DNA of 64,000 bases from the human T2T-CHM13v2.0 reference genome, Homo sapiens. Under the pieces are notes generated by a model. It saw only the letters and a list, made by a program, of their open reading frames with translations, did not search any database and was not told the DNA's origin. A program made the translations under genes and the position numbers. The stretch's first letter is position 1; every line of letters starts with the position of its first letter. Of the stretch, positions 29,470-43,088 are shown piece after piece. The stretch lies in NCBI RefSeq assembly GCF_009914755.1, contig NC_060928.1; one strand, written 5' to 3'.

Positions 29470-30640
29470 TCTCCTTTTGTTGCATCTTTTCCTGCCCCTC
29501 TTTCCTTTTGCCTTTTGTAGTACTTAAGTTGTCTCCATTCTGATTTTTTTTCTTTCCACACTGACTTGGCTATTGTACATTCTCTTAACTGATTTACCTT
29601 ACCATTTAATATGACATATTCTATTGAAACAGTTTAAGCAGTTTGAGAATGATCAGTATCTTTACTATTCCTTAGAACAATACGAAGACCTTAGAGTGCA
29701 GATGATGATTATTATCTTCCATTTCATGTACTACAGTTGTTTAGTAATTTAGTTTTACCTGGTATTTATATGCTCCAAATTAGGAGTTACTGTTATCATC
29801 TCTATTGCTGACATATTGTCTTTCTTACAAACCTTCATGAAATTCTTTTCTTTCTTCTAGGTTCATGTTGCTTCTTTCCGAAAGGTACAGCATTTATTAG
29901 TTTGTGAACCGGAAGCTAAACCAGAAAATGTTAGTGGTAAACGCAAGGCTTGATTATTTATTTATTTATTTTGGCCTCACACCTGAAAGGCATTTTAGCT
30001 GAATATAGAATAATATGTTGCAGCTATATCCTCTCAACTCTGCATAGATACTGTTCCATGGGAAAAGGTTTGTTTCATTATTGTTCCTTTGTAATAATTT
30101 TAATTCTTCCTTTTAAAATATTTTCTATGATTTTAATGTCTATAATTATACTACTGTGTGAATATATGTGGGTTTATTTTTATTTATACCCTCTTGAGAG
30201 TCTGCAATAAGAAAAATATATCTTTCATCAACTCTAGAAAATTTTCAGGCATTGTTGCTAAGAATATCGTCTTTCCCTCATTTTCTCGATTCTTTTCCTC
30301 TAATCCCTATCAGATTTATGTTAGACTCTTAATCCCTCTTTTAGGCTTTCTCCCATTTTATTTTTTTGGGGTACATTCTGAAATGTCTCTTTAATGTCAC
30401 TAATTCTCTCCGTGGCTGTGGATAATCTAACATGTAATTTGTCCAATGAAGCTTCTACTTTTTCTTAATAATTATATATTTTTTATTGTTACTTGTTCTA
30501 TTTGGTTCTTATCTACTTATTTTTTCATTTTAACTCATCCCTTTTCTTATTTTTTATGTCTCTGATCATTTTAAAAATACTTACTTTATCCTCTAAATCT
30601 CACAGTTGTATTATCTGATGTTTCTGCCTTTTGGCCTGCT
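29470..30640 (-). mobile_element. Ancient L1ME/HAL1-like relic
   Basis: T-rich; gaaaggcattttagctgaatatagaat...tctttcatcaactctagaaaattttcagg. Confidence 0.6.
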
Positions 30641-30854
30641 GACTTATATTATCAGAGGGCTTTATTCATAGGAATCTCATAAAGTCTGTGTTCAGAGATA
30701 ATTCATCAAGACAGGATTTTAGTTTGTATTGGTCAAGAACTCTAGGGGTCTCCTTAACCCAAGAACACTTCATTAAATTTCTAATCTCTCAAAAAATGTA
30801 AGTGGTTAAAAATGAGCATCAATAACAGGTAACTTTTGGCATATCATTAAATTC

Positions 30855-31150
30855 TTTTTTTTTTTTTTTCTGAGACAGAGTCTTGCTCTGTTGCCCAGGC
30901 TGGAGTGCAGTGGCACTACCTGGGCTCACGGCAACTTCTGCCTCCTGGGTTCAAGCGATTCACCTGCCTCAGCCTCCTGAGTAGCTGGGATTACAGGGGC
31001 ATGCCAACACACCTGGCTAATTTTTTGTATATTTAGTAGATACAGGTTTCACCGTGTTAGCCAGGGTGGTCTAGATCTCCTGACCTCGTGATCCACCTGC
31101 ATCGGCCTCCAAAGTGCTAGGATTACAGGCGTGAGTCACCGTGCCCGGCC
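30855..31150 (-). mobile_element. Full-length AluS (Sc/Sc8-like)
   Basis: Poly(T) tail, both arms, TSD aaattctt at 30849-30856 and 31151-31158. Confidence 0.96.
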
Positions 31151-32309
31151 AAATTCTTAAAGTAGATGAATGTTTTCACCTAGAGCTGAGGTGTCCAGAT
31201 ATGAACTTCATAATTTCTTCCTTGTGATAGTGCTTGCACTTTTAAAGTTGATTCTTTCACTAAGACTATAATAGCCATTGAGTGTTCTGACTTTGTGCAG
31301 ACATGTCAGTTTCAAGGTTTTATTTTGCACAAGTTTGTCACCTATCCTCCTAAAAGCATCAAACCACAAGACAGTAGGTTATTGAGACCAACAATTTCCC
31401 AATGGCTAGGCTGCTGAATGTGAGTTCTCGTGCTTACTAGTTTGTTTTTTAATGACCTCTTTGCTTTAAGACCCTTTTAACTGTTTTGCTGCACAGCTTT
31501 GAGTTTAAAAGTGCATGTCTTTTGTTTTACCCAGCATTTTTTATTTGTTTTGTTCAGAAGGATGTTCAGGATATGTAAACTGTAATCATACAGGAAATAG
31601 AATTGTTTATACTCATAAGAGGCTTGCATGTATTCCTTCATTTATTCCAAAAGCCATTATTGAGTGTTTCCATTGACAAGCAATGTCACTTTACTCTCTA
31701 TGTATATATGCATAAATTAATAGAAAACAAATAAGTGAATGTAGTGACAGTGCCAATCATTATTGCTAAAATATCCTTGTTTTTTACTTTTACTACAATG
31801 TACTTTATACTTTAAATACAGTCCAAAAATAACACTTCTTATATATGCATTTTAAAAAATTTCATAGCTCAACAATACTTATTTCACTCTGACCATATTT
31901 CATTTCATCCTGACATTTACTGTCTGATCTTTCACTCAAATGTGAATAAATAAATGTTTATGTAAACAACACATTTTATATGTGGCATATCTTTTAATAG
32001 CCACTTTCAATTCAAGTGTCAAAAACCATAGAATACTGTTTTCTATCTGACTATGAGTAGAGTTATTAAATCTTTGAAGATCTGTGATCTTCCAAGTTCT
32101 TACATGTTTTGAGGTGGTTTCAAATATAGGAAATAGTTGTAGGCATGAACTCTAGAAAGGCCGTATAGAGATGAAAGAGGCTTTAGCTCTCCTAATCTCT
32201 ATTAATTTTTGCCGTCCCCCCCTTTTCAGGCTCCCTATAAACATGTGATCTGAATAAAAATAAAATATATTTATTATGGAATCATAGACTAAAGATGAGT
32301 CCCCTAAAA

Positions 32310-32440
32310 CAATGCTTCTCAATTTAATGTACATATGAATCCCCTGATTTTGTTAAAATGTGGATTCTGATTCAGTAGTTCTGGACTATGGCCTGAGTTT
32401 GTGCATTTCCACCAACAGCATGAGTTTTGAGTTGCAAGAC
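32310..32440. mobile_element. MER5A-like hAT MITE
   Basis: tgttaaaatgtggattctgattcagtagttctgg...ggcctgagtttgtgcatttc. Confidence 0.75.
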
Positions 32441-32689
32441 CTAGATACACACTTTCCAATCAGATTATCTGCTCATAAATCCTTCTAATTAGAAAATCTG
32501 AAGCTGAAACACAAACAATAGCAGAACTGGAAGGAATTATACATTGCATATTGGAATCATATAAAAGAAAATAGAAGATAATTATAATTTAGTCAATAAG
32601 TAAAACAGAGTATTCACTATTTTTATGTGGAAATTACTAATACACAAAAACAGAAGATTATTTTTGTCTTAAATAAGCTTTATTTCTGT

Positions 32690-33190
32690 TAAAATTTGTG
32701 TTTTTTTAATTACAAATCTACTTATTCATGCAAAAATCAAATATTGTAAATATTTATATAATAAAAAGTAAAAATGCTTGACCTCTCATTTTCTTTTTCA
32801 GAAAGCAACTGAAGTTTATTGTGTAGCTTCCAAAATATTTTTTTGTCCTCTTTGAGAGATGAGCATGTGCTCAGCTTTTGTTGATAAATAAAAACAAAAT
32901 TTTACTCGGTTATATTATGCAGCTTGTCTTTTTAACAATATTTTTTGATCACCTTCCATTTCAGTACACGTATATCTTCAATATTTTGAGTGGTTGCATG
33001 GATATGCTGTTCCATAATATTTAAACATTTTTAAGTTGATGGGCATTTATTCCAATTTTATTTTTTGTTCTTAATTGAATATTCTATAAACTAAGAAAAA
33101 TTATGCATCCAAACAATTATAGCTAAATAAAAATGATCTGTATGGAATGTGTATACCTCTCACATTCTTTACAACTTCATTTGGTGCTAT
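32690..33190 (-). mobile_element. L1ME-like 3' relic
   Basis: ccataatatttaaac...gttgatgggcattt...ttccaatttt. Confidence 0.5.
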
Positions 33191-34275
33191 GTAAACCAAA
33201 TCCAAAGGAGTTCTGAGTCCTGCTCCTTTGACAACATCACCTCTTTCCAAGCTCCAGATAACCTCCAGATGCTCCGTGTTTGGTTTCATAGTGGAAAAAT
33301 AGTATTTAGTCAGATTTTTATTCTGATTTCCGATAATAATTATTTAATAAAGCAGGCATGAAAAGAAGTAGGCAAATTGGAGGAGTTAAAATGGAGTATA
33401 TAATACTTTCCATTTTTAAAAATTGACAAATGCATGCTCTACGTGCATAGCCCAGCATACCAAATTAAGGTGTTAAAATACCTTTGTTTGGCCTGGATAA
33501 ATAGCTTATGATTTGCAAAAGAGAGATGATATGTTCATTCTGGTTTATAAAAAGCCATTTTAGAAATACAAATTGGATATGGGCCTTGAGAGTTGTGAGA
33601 CTTTCTAACTCATAAAATAAACACAGCTAGTTTCCATATATTTAAAAGATCCAGTCTACAGTGCCTTAAGTCTAGAATCTAAAGGGAGAAAAATCATTTC
33701 CTCTAATGTATATTTAATAAACAAAACTGTCTACACAGAATTTCTAATAGAAACTGCTTGGCCTACCAAATATTATCTGATCTGAAAGACGATCATTAGA
33801 GAATGTTCTTGCAATATTTAGAGAAAAATCAGCCAACTTTATTTTATATTTATTGACAGACTACTTTTAGTGATTGGTACAATGAAAAATCTCTTTTCTA
33901 GTATATTCTTCTTAATAACCATTGTACACATTTTCTACTGACCCTGAAATAATAAACCCACTTCTAAGAGCAGTGGGCAACTTCATTTACTAGTTAGTAA
34001 GAAAATAAAAGCCTGACATGCATTGTCTGTAGTCTCCTCTCTTCACCCTAAAAACGTGTTTATAGCTTTACCAATCATCTTTCCCTCAAGTTTATAGGAA
34101 GAAGTATCCTGTTCTCTTTCCAGAAACAAGATCTTAACTCTGCTCTTGATTTTATGCTGTGGTTTTATTATATTTTTAAAAAATATGCTTTTCCTCATGG
34201 GTTGTAAGCTCCTAGAAGACAAGAGCAAAATCTTTGTTATATTTGTATTTCCCAAGCCCCTGTCTCTTTGTTTCA

Positions 34276-34388
34276 TTTTTTTAACTTTTAAGTTCAGAAG
34301 TACGTGCAGGTTTGTTACACAGGTAAACTTGTGTCATGGGGGATTGTTGTACAGATTATTTCATCACCCAGGTATTAAGACCTGAGCA
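34276..34388 (-). mobile_element. ~110-bp L1 3'-end insertion (older L1PA) next to an L2 relic
   Basis: tacgtgcaggtttgttacacaggtaaacttgtgtcatggggg...catcacccaggtattaag. Probable TSD ctcttt(g/a)ttt. Confidence 0.85.
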
Positions 34389-35648
34389 CTCTTTATTTTA
34401 CATATCATTCCTGAATTCTAAGGTGTCCAGAGCTAAATTTGATGCATAACAGTAATGCTTTCATAATATGGGTCTTGCATACCCTTTTACATCTTTTTTC
34501 TTTCATAATCATCTTTAAAATTCTTCTTCGCTATTCTATCTAATACCTCTTTAAATAATATTTTGGAGTAAGTTTGATATAAACTAATACAATTAGTGGT
34601 TAATAAATATTGAAGGCCTCAGAAATCTTATTGCTTTATATTTTGTAAAGTAAAAATAAAACTATATAGAGTAATTACTACTCTTTTTATCGCAGTGCAA
34701 TCCTATTAAAGATGCTTCTCTCTCAAATCCAATTCTACTTCTCCTTTTCATTTCTCTGAATTGTCCTTAGTGCTTAAAATTTATAAAATAGGTGTATTTG
34801 CATTGTATTTGGTCTTTGAAGCAACTGTATGGTTAATCAGGCTGCTAATTTTGTGCTTCTTTTAAAAGAAGAAGCACTTTTTACTTCAACATCTTAGATT
34901 TAATCTTAAGGAACCGAAAAATTAACCTTCTGTATGTTAAGAAGACTGTATCATGTCCAACCCTTTTCCCCAACTCCTGGAACATAAGTATTACCACAAA
35001 AAGATTTGTGGGGATAGTTGTTATGGTCATTTCACCTATAAAATGATATAGTTGGGAAAGAAACCTAGACTCAATGACTAGGTCATGGCATACTTTGGTA
35101 TTACTGTTCTAAAACCTCAAGCCAAGCCTTGGATGTGTAGCCTGAAATGTGACAGAAAGGTCTGAGAGGAAGAAAACAGCTCTCAACCCTGACATAGGGT
35201 TGGAGTGAATGGTAAGATTTATTGATGTCAGTATGGTGAGATCTCACTGATAAAGAGAAAATATAATATGAAAATAGATTAGAAGTAAGGAAGACAGAGA
35301 ACTCTGAAACTAAAATGCACTGCTAGAGTTACCTATGTATTTTGCTTAAATAAATGAAAAAAAAAAAAACCAACCTGTTTTATTCAATGTCTGCTTTGCA
35401 TGAGGAAAATTGCCAGAGAGAGTATTCATGGGGACTGGAGAAACCTACGTGAGCATTCAGCAGGCCGAAGATGCAGATATTCATGTTTTTCAATAGAGCT
35501 CATGGTCACTGCCCCTTTGCAAATAGAAGCTATCACCTTTTTGGTGAAATCCTTAGTGACAGTGCAGTGCCAAATGACCGCTCAGTTTTTGCACCAGCTG
35601 GAATGTAGAACCTGAAACAGTAAAGTTCTGTCTTTAATGGTTCCGCAG

Positions 35649-36105
35649 TGAAAGACTCAAACAAAACTTTTTCAAAGAGGAAAGCCACAGCAGGAAAAGG
35701 AGGTGAAGATCCATTTAATAGTGCACTTAACAGATGGTGGGATGGGAAAGCAGCGGAAATCACAGCTGAGAGGTGGGCCTTTGCAAGGCGGGAGGAATGT
35801 GGAGAGAAACAGCAGAGCGCAATGAAAGCAGACAGAGCCACACTGTTACTGAGAAGAGCAAACTGTTAATACAACGGAATTCAGGATAGAAGAGAGACCC
35901 GACATGGAGATAGAGGAAGCACACCCTGAGGAAACTGCAGAAAGCCAAGAGAAGGTGGAAGAAAGAAGTCTTACTTTTGAGCATGAGAAAGAGTGTGGGC
36001 AGGAGGCAGTCACCAGTTGACAGAGAAGGGCCATGGTGACATTGCACTGGTACAGAAAACAATAGTGCTCTGGAGGTGAAGTCAATGCAGATCCCATAGC
36101 AAAAG
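35649..36105 (+). pseudogene. Possible decayed Glu-rich exon (unidentified gene)
   Basis: Acceptor ttctgtctttaatggttccgcag and donor AAAAG|gtgaga bound a purine-rich 457-nt block. Reading is coding-like with one frameshift and two stops. No homologue recognised. Confidence 0.3.
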
Positions 36106-36199
36106 GTGAGAGAAAAGAATCCATTCTGCCTTGTTCTATGTGTTCTGAATACGTTTTACAACTGAAATTATTTTTTGAGAATAAAGAGATGATTTGCAG

Positions 36200-36565
36200 C
36201 AGCACTCTTTGATAGAACTTTCTGCTATGATGGAAATATTTTATAGTGGTACTATCTGATATGGCTATGTAGCACTTGAAATGTTGGTGGTGCAGTGGAG
36301 GAACTGGATCTTTAATAACACTGAGTTTTAATTAATATCCATTTAAATGTAAGTAGCCAAAATAATGGAGTGCCAGGAAGTTTTTTGAGGGAGTGCAAAT
36401 ATTCTTTGTCTTGATTGTGATGATAGTGATAGGTGTGCAGGTCTTTTTCAAAATTCATCAAACCGTACACTTAGAATGGATATATTCTAATTATATAATT
36501 CAATAATGTTGAAAAATAAATAACTACAAGTAGCCAGGAGCTTGCAAATTGGGCAGCACAGTTCT
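36200..36565. mobile_element. MER3 hAT MITE interrupted by an L1M 3' fragment (~36365-36520, +)
   Basis: atagaactttctgctatgatggaaat...agcacttgaaatgt...ttgggcagcacag. Confidence 0.75.
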
Positions 36566-36711
36566 AATGATTTGGGTGCATAGTCACTGAGGTAGGAGAA
36601 TGCCTATCATCTAAGGAATGAAGTATACTATACCATACAATGTGCTTGCTTGTTAAAACAGTATCTCAATATCACTTACAATATCACTTGACATTTTTGT
36701 AAATCTTGACT

Positions 36712-37422
36712 TGTTAGTAGTGACAGATATCTGAGTTGTGATGGCAGGTATCTCATGGCAAATCTGTACAGGCATACAGCAACCTCAATTCTTGCCTCCT
36801 TAGAAGACAGAATACGACTGAGGGGCATAAGGCAGAAAAAGATACAGAGGCCAATTTCAGAGAAGAGTGGAAGTGTATTAAAAAGCTTTAGAGCAGGAAA
36901 GAGGAAAGTACACTTGGAAGAGGCCCAAGTGAGCATCTTGAAGTTCAAGTGCCCTGTTTAACCTTGAACCTGGGATTTTGTATGCTGGCCTACTTCAGGC
37001 GTTTTGCTCCCATTTCCCTTCATTCTTCCCTTAGGGTGAGCCGCTCGCATGCCTGGTGCCCTGCATGCACTTGTGAGTTGAGCATGTGCAGTGTGTTTAC
37101 TGGAGTCATATGCATGTTCACCTGAAGCTTTCTTCCCTTTTCTAGTGGAATGCCCCTGGAAGGTCACGCTCTGCCAGTTTGCCTCTTAATGTGCATGCTT
37201 GAGCCCACTTGCCCAATTTGTGAAAGCTGCTGATTACCTATTCCAGGTGTTTTTATCTACTGGGAAACTGCCTCTCCCTGGCACTGGCTGAGACCAATTA
37301 TTATTTCAGAGAGGCAGTGTGACAACTGCCTAACCATCATCTGATGGTCGCCTGGCATTCCTGGTGGGTGGGAGGAGCCCTCTCCTGCCCTGCTCATGCC
37401 TGGCTAGCTATTTACTGTAACG
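36712..37422 (-). mobile_element. MER50-like ERV1 solo LTR
   Basis: cagcaacctcaattcttgcctcc...gactgaggggcataaggcagaa. 4-bp TSD gact at 36708-36711 and 37423-37426. Confidence 0.88.
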
Positions 37423-38886
37423 GACTTTCAGTCCATTTTTTTTTAAATATACCTTGTTAAATTGCTCCTTAAGAAGGAAGGGGGCATTAAATTTGGGTAG
37501 ATTAATTGTTTCTGCTAAGAAGACATTTATTGAGGTAAATAAAGGAGAATAAGAGGAAACAACCTTTTTCTATGTTCTTGCCTACACAGTAATTTTGGAG
37601 AGATCAACTCCAACAGTTGATGAATGAAAACCTCGAGACCACTTCTTCTAAGACTTTTTTTTTTAATGGATAAACCTATGACTGTTGAAAAAAGATATGG
37701 GAATTTTTAAGATGAGAGATTTACTACTAGTAATACATCCTTTATAGAATGCACACGACCACAAAACTATACATAAATTTACATAAAATACAGATCATAA
37801 AACATGAATACAATCTTCAATTCTCCCTAATTAAGTTTTGTGTATTGGTATTAATTAAATCCATAAATGGCAATCAGTATTAATGTAAGTTGAAAGTGAA
37901 TTATTGCAGTGAAAGATTGAGATCAGTGATTTACAATGAGGTGTTCCATTCAGTAGAATTTTTAAATAATAGTTAAATAGTAGAGGAGCGGCCTGGGTAA
38001 TTATTTCCGACTTTCATTTTGCCCAGAAAACATTAAAAACCCAACAAAAACAACAAAAAAGGGACCTATTACCTACTGACCTCACCATTTACAAAATAGA
38101 GGATATTTTAACAAAGGTTCTCTGCAAAAAAAAAAAAAAAAGTAATAAAAAGGAGAAAGGAAATGATGTCAAAAACAAAAGAAGGCAAATTGAGTAATTT
38201 AACTTTATGAAAAATTCACTATTTTACCCTATGTTTCTCATTTTTTCACAAATTGGTGAAAACTTTAAAATGGACTCTCCAAAGTCCACAGAAAAGCATT
38301 TGGGAACCACTGGTTTAGCTTCTACTGTGGCACATCTGTAAGGGGCAAGGAGATCATTGGCCCAGTCCCCTAACTTGACAATTGCAAAAGCCAGTTCTCT
38401 GGGGCTTCAACAGTTTGTGAAAGACCACAAACTAAGAGAGTAATAGAGACTCACCTTGTGCTCAGGGCTCCTGATTTCCATTTTCAACCCAGTGCTCAAG
38501 TAGATAGATGAGATGTTTCTATATAGAAGAGAAAATATCAACAGATTATTTCTATAACAATATGGTAATAATAAACTTCCTATTCTTAGGCCTTTGATTA
38601 CAGACATTTATAATAGAAAGTGAGTTTATAATTATTTATTTTGGGTTAATTGAAGTTTTATATGAGAAATTTACATAATAAATTCTAGAATGCAAAAAGA
38701 TATGACCTATTAACTATTTTCCTTTGTAAAAAGAAGTTTTGAATAAAAACATAGCTTATTATAATGCAGGACACTCTTATTTTATGATGTATAAAATAAA
38801 GACTGAAAATTTTAAATGTCTTTCAAAATGTTATGAAGTTACAGATCAGGGTCTGCCAGTCTCTTAAAATCTATCATACATACTGT

Positions 38887-38975
38887 AAACTTATCTACAT
38901 AAAATAGGGATAACTACGTTAGCTTTACATAAAATAGAGCTAACTTTATTAACTTTACATAAAATAAAAATAAAA
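38887..38975. repeat. Degenerate 30-bp tandem repeat, ~3 copies
   Basis: tacataaaata recurs at 38896, 38926 and 38956. Confidence 0.85.
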
Positions 38976-40370
38976 TTATACAGAGCATAATTTTATTGAA
39001 ATATTAATTTTACAAAAAAATCAGTACTAGGATGATTTTCTTAGGATACATTTTAATCTCTTAGTAAAACAAACGTGCAGACAAACAAAAGCAAATATGA
39101 AGTCGACCAGTGCACTAGAATGACTAACCACTCTCAAATTGTATTTCAGGTTGAAATATTCAAAAAGTATATTCCAAACAACAAAAGAAAACTTTCTTAA
39201 ATCAATAACACCACTCCTCTTGAATGTTTTTGCCAATTCAACTCCCACTACTGGAGCAGAATTGATGTCCTTTTTAGAAGATATTGCGCAACGAAAGGTT
39301 GTTAAGAATTGCTGACATTAGAATCTATTGTGGTGTTTTATAATGGTAATCCAGCCTTTGAAACCAAAATCAAAGAATGGACAAAATTAACAACATACTA
39401 TAACTGCAGATTATACTGTCTTTTTTTTTGGGATGAGATACTTATTGCCTAGAATGGAGAAATATAAATGACAACTATAACAGGTTTTTAAATTAAGAGA
39501 TCCTTACCTAAAATATTCAGCCATTGTGCAAAGGTGCCTGGATTCATTTCTAGTCACATATCTTTTTGTAATATTATGTTACATAGTAAAATTCAAATTC
39601 TTCATTGTCCCCCAAATCCTTCTTCTCTAATAGGAGTGTCTCTACACCATGGGAAGCCAACTTTATAGCACAATTGACAAATGTATACTGATTCTTCTAT
39701 TTCTGTGTTTAATGATATTTGAAATTGTCTCTGAGTTTAGCGAGAGAGATGTTTATCCATTAGTATCATTGGCCATAGGCTCATAGAGGTAGCACGGTGG
39801 GTGCGGGGAGGTGTTGATGTGCTTGCTCAGAGTTGCCAATTCTGCTCTAAACATTAGGTAGTGGTTTCTCAGCCTAATTATTTGTTTCCTCATATGCTGT
39901 AAGAAGAGTAGCAGCTACTGCTATGCTGTTGCTGTTACTTCTTAATCTCTTTAATCTCTTGTTTTGCATTTGTACATTTACAGAACTCATTGCACTGCTG
40001 TCTGGAAGAGGCTTCTTTTGGTATAATCAGAAAAAGCACACTTCCTGCTTTATTGCATCATACATCAGTTCATTTACGTGAAAAAAAATGTATTGCTTGC
40101 CAGCTTGTGCAAAGTGCTGGAGATACAAAGAAAAACTGGACACGGTTCCCATCCTTGCAAAATATGCAATGTACTGAGAATTCATGGTGGAGGTACAGAT
40201 TTCTGAATTCTAAAAAGGCTCAGGGAAGGATTCATAGAAGAGGAAGTTGTTTTAATTATGACTGGAAGAAGAAGAAAGGGGCCAGTGAAACAGCAATGTA
40301 CAGGCATAATGGCATATAATAAGGTAAAAGTTAAACTGATTGTAGGTAAGCATGAAGCTATTGAAGTGTG

Positions 40371-40813
40371 TGTATTGGCCAGTTAAGGTCCCAACAGAAC
40401 ACAGATGTCACACAGAAATTAGGATAATTTTAGAAGGCTTTCTTTTTTTTCCATAGGTAGGATTTATAAAAGCATACAAAGAAAACATAGGATAAGACAG
40501 TGATCTGTGCAAATAACACTGGAGAAGCTGTTTTTATACCCAAAAGGATAAGATGAGGGAGCAATTGTCAGATCCCAAAAGGAGAAAGTCTGGTAGAGAA
40601 TGTTGCCTTGAGAGAAGCAGTAAACTGAGGCAGAGCCCAGGAGGATTTGCAGAGAGGAATGCAAGACATTAAACCCCATGAGGCTACTCTTCTCCCTCAC
40701 TCTGATCTCCTGGGGCTGAACAAGCTTGGAAGCTCATTAATGTGGTCCCACTGCACAGAGCAGGATGGAGGGGTGAAAATGGATCTGGAGAGGTAAACAA
40801 AACATACCCAGCA
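40371..40813 (-). mobile_element. LTR41-like ERVL LTR inside an L2 relic (~40060-41115)
   Basis: ggtcccaacagaacacagatgtcacac...gggtgaaaatggatctggagagg. Confidence 0.6.
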
Positions 40814-41127
40814 TAAAATCTGTGTAGAAAACTTGCAGAAGGCGAGTTGGGTGGGGTGAATAGTGACATGATTATAAAGTAACTTGAATACTAATTAGAA
40901 CTTTTACTTTATTTTGAATTTTTAGGAAGACTGAAATATTTAATGCTTTAAATCAGGAGAGGGACAGATTTGTATTTTAGAACATTCACTCTGGCAGTGG
41001 TCAAGAGGATTGACAAGGTCAGACTGGGTCTAGAGAAACTAGTTAGAAACTTTTTCAGTATTTGGCTAAAAAAATCTGAAAAAGAGAAAACCGTAGGTGC
41101 TGGACTTGGGGTAGAGATTAACTTAAG

Positions 41128-42015
41128 AAACAGGGAACTTAAACAAATCAACAATCAACAAGCAAAAAACAAATAACCTCATTAAAAATGGGCAAAGGAC
41201 ATGAATGGATACATCTCAAAAGAAGACATATGAGTGGCCAACAAACATATGAAAAAGTGCTCAGCATCAGGAATCACCAGAGAATGGAAATAAAAGCCAC
41301 AGTGAGATACCGTCTCCCACCAGTCATAATGCCTATTATTTAAAAAGCCAAAAAACAACAGATGCTGGTGAGGCTGCAGAAAAATGGAAAAGCTTATACA
41401 CTTTTGGAAGGAGTGTAAATGAGTCCAGCCACTGTGGAAAGTAGCCCGCAAATTTCTGAAGAGACTTAAAATATAATTACCATTTGACCCAGCAATCCCA
41501 TTAATCCCATTACTGGATGTATACCCAAAGGAAAATAAATCATTCTAACAAAAGGACACATGCACTCATAGGTTTGTTGCTGCACTATTCACAACAGCAA
41601 AGACATGGAATCAACCAAGTGCTAATCAATGATTGACTGGATAAAGAAAATATGCCATAGAATGCCATGATAAAGGAAATCATTTCCTTTGCAGCAACAT
41701 GGATAGAGCTGAAGGCCATTATCCTAAATGAATTTATGTGGGAACAGGAAAGCAAATACCATATGCTTTCAGTTATAAGTGGGAGCTAAACACTGAGCAC
41801 TAATGTACATAAATATGAAAACAGTAGACACCGTGGACTACTAGAGGGGAGAGGGAGGTGGGGACAGGTGAAAAACCTACCATCCGGGTACTACGCTCAC
41901 TTCCTGTGTGACAGGATCAGTACTACAAACCTCAACATCATGCAATATTCCCATGTAACAAACCTACACAAGTACCTCCTACATGTAAAATAAAAGTTGA
42001 AATAAAAAGGAAGAA
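41128..42015 (+). mobile_element. 5'-truncated L1PA16/17-like LINE-1
   Basis: cccaaaggaaaataaatcattct...ggactactagaggggg...taaaataaaagttgaa. Confidence 0.9.
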
Positions 42016-42024
42016 AGAAAAACT

Positions 42025-42425
42025 GGAGAGGGCATCCTACAAAATAACTGGCCTGTTCTCCTAAAAAATTTCATAGTAATAAAAGTCAAGGAAAAACTGG
42101 GGCCTGTCCCAGAATGAAGGAGACTAAAGAGACATGATAAATTACTGAGAAAAATAGTCATAAATGAATTATCTTTTCTGCAGAGAAGACAATTGGTGAA
42201 ATTTGAAAGGATCCAAGGACTAGACAGTACTGATATATTAATGTTAATTTCTTGGTTTGAATGATTATATTATGGTTGTAAGAATATCCTTTTGTAGGAA
42301 GTGTACCCTGAAGTATTGGGTGGTGTTGGGGCATTTCATCAACAACTTGATCTTAAATGATTTGTTAAAAAATTACACTGTACTTACATTTTTTAAGGTT
42401 TGAGATTGTTTACAATTTATTAAAA
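42025..42425 (+). mobile_element. L1MC4/5-like 3'UTR relic
   Basis: catcctacaaaataactggcctg...aaggagactaaagagacatga. Confidence 0.7.
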
Positions 42426-42639
42426 TTATTTGGTTTTGCAACGATAATGGAAACACATACATTGGTGTGGCACAATATCACTGTAAAAACGACGTTCTTA
42501 ATTACAAAGGCTGTGGAGCAGAAATGTACTTTGAATAGTTGTGGTACATATATAGTTTATAATTATGTTATTAAAGAGGCTGTTATATTCAACCAATAAA
42601 AGTTGAAGCTGAGGGTGTTAAAATTTACATGTATTTTTG

Positions 42640-42848
42640 TATTTAAGAGTTAGAGTCCCTGAGTGACCCTGAGGGATCAGGCTGTCATGGACTTCATGTG
42701 AAATTGCACTTTTGCTTGGCTTGTTCTCCTTTTATCTCCTGCTTCCCCTCCTCTAAGACTGGTTTCTATAGGAGAAAGCTTCCTAATAAAGCACTTTCAC
42801 CTAAATCCTTAGCTTAAGCATTGCTTTGGGGGAATGCAACGCAAGACA
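42640..42848 (+). mobile_element. LTR16-like 3' fragment
   Basis: ttcctaataaagcactttcacctaaatcc...gggaatgcaacgcaagaca. Confidence 0.55.
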
Positions 42849-42863
42849 GAAAGTAAGTAGAAT

Positions 42864-43088
42864 TACCACATTTTCTTTATCTGGTCTACTGTTGACAGGC
42901 ATTTAGGTTGATGCCATATCTGTGCTATTGCAAATAATGCTGCAATGAACACACGTAGGCAAGTGTCTTCATGGTAGAACAATGTATGTTCCTCTGGGTA
43001 TATAGTCAATAATGGGATTGCTGGGTGGGATGGTAATTCTGCTTTGAGTTCTTTGAGAAATCGCCGAACTGCTTTCCACAGAGTTAAC
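42864..43088 (-). mobile_element. L1PA15/16-like internal fragment
   Basis: taccacattttctttatc...aatgggattgctggg...agttctttgagaaatcgcc. Confidence 0.8.

Noticed and set aside
35533-35841. Minus-strand SAAFPSHHLL as an L2/CR1 RT motif (SAAFDTVDH)
   Set aside because: Only four matching residues and no downstream PQG or YADD motif found; kept only as an alternative explanation for the fossil-exon candidate.
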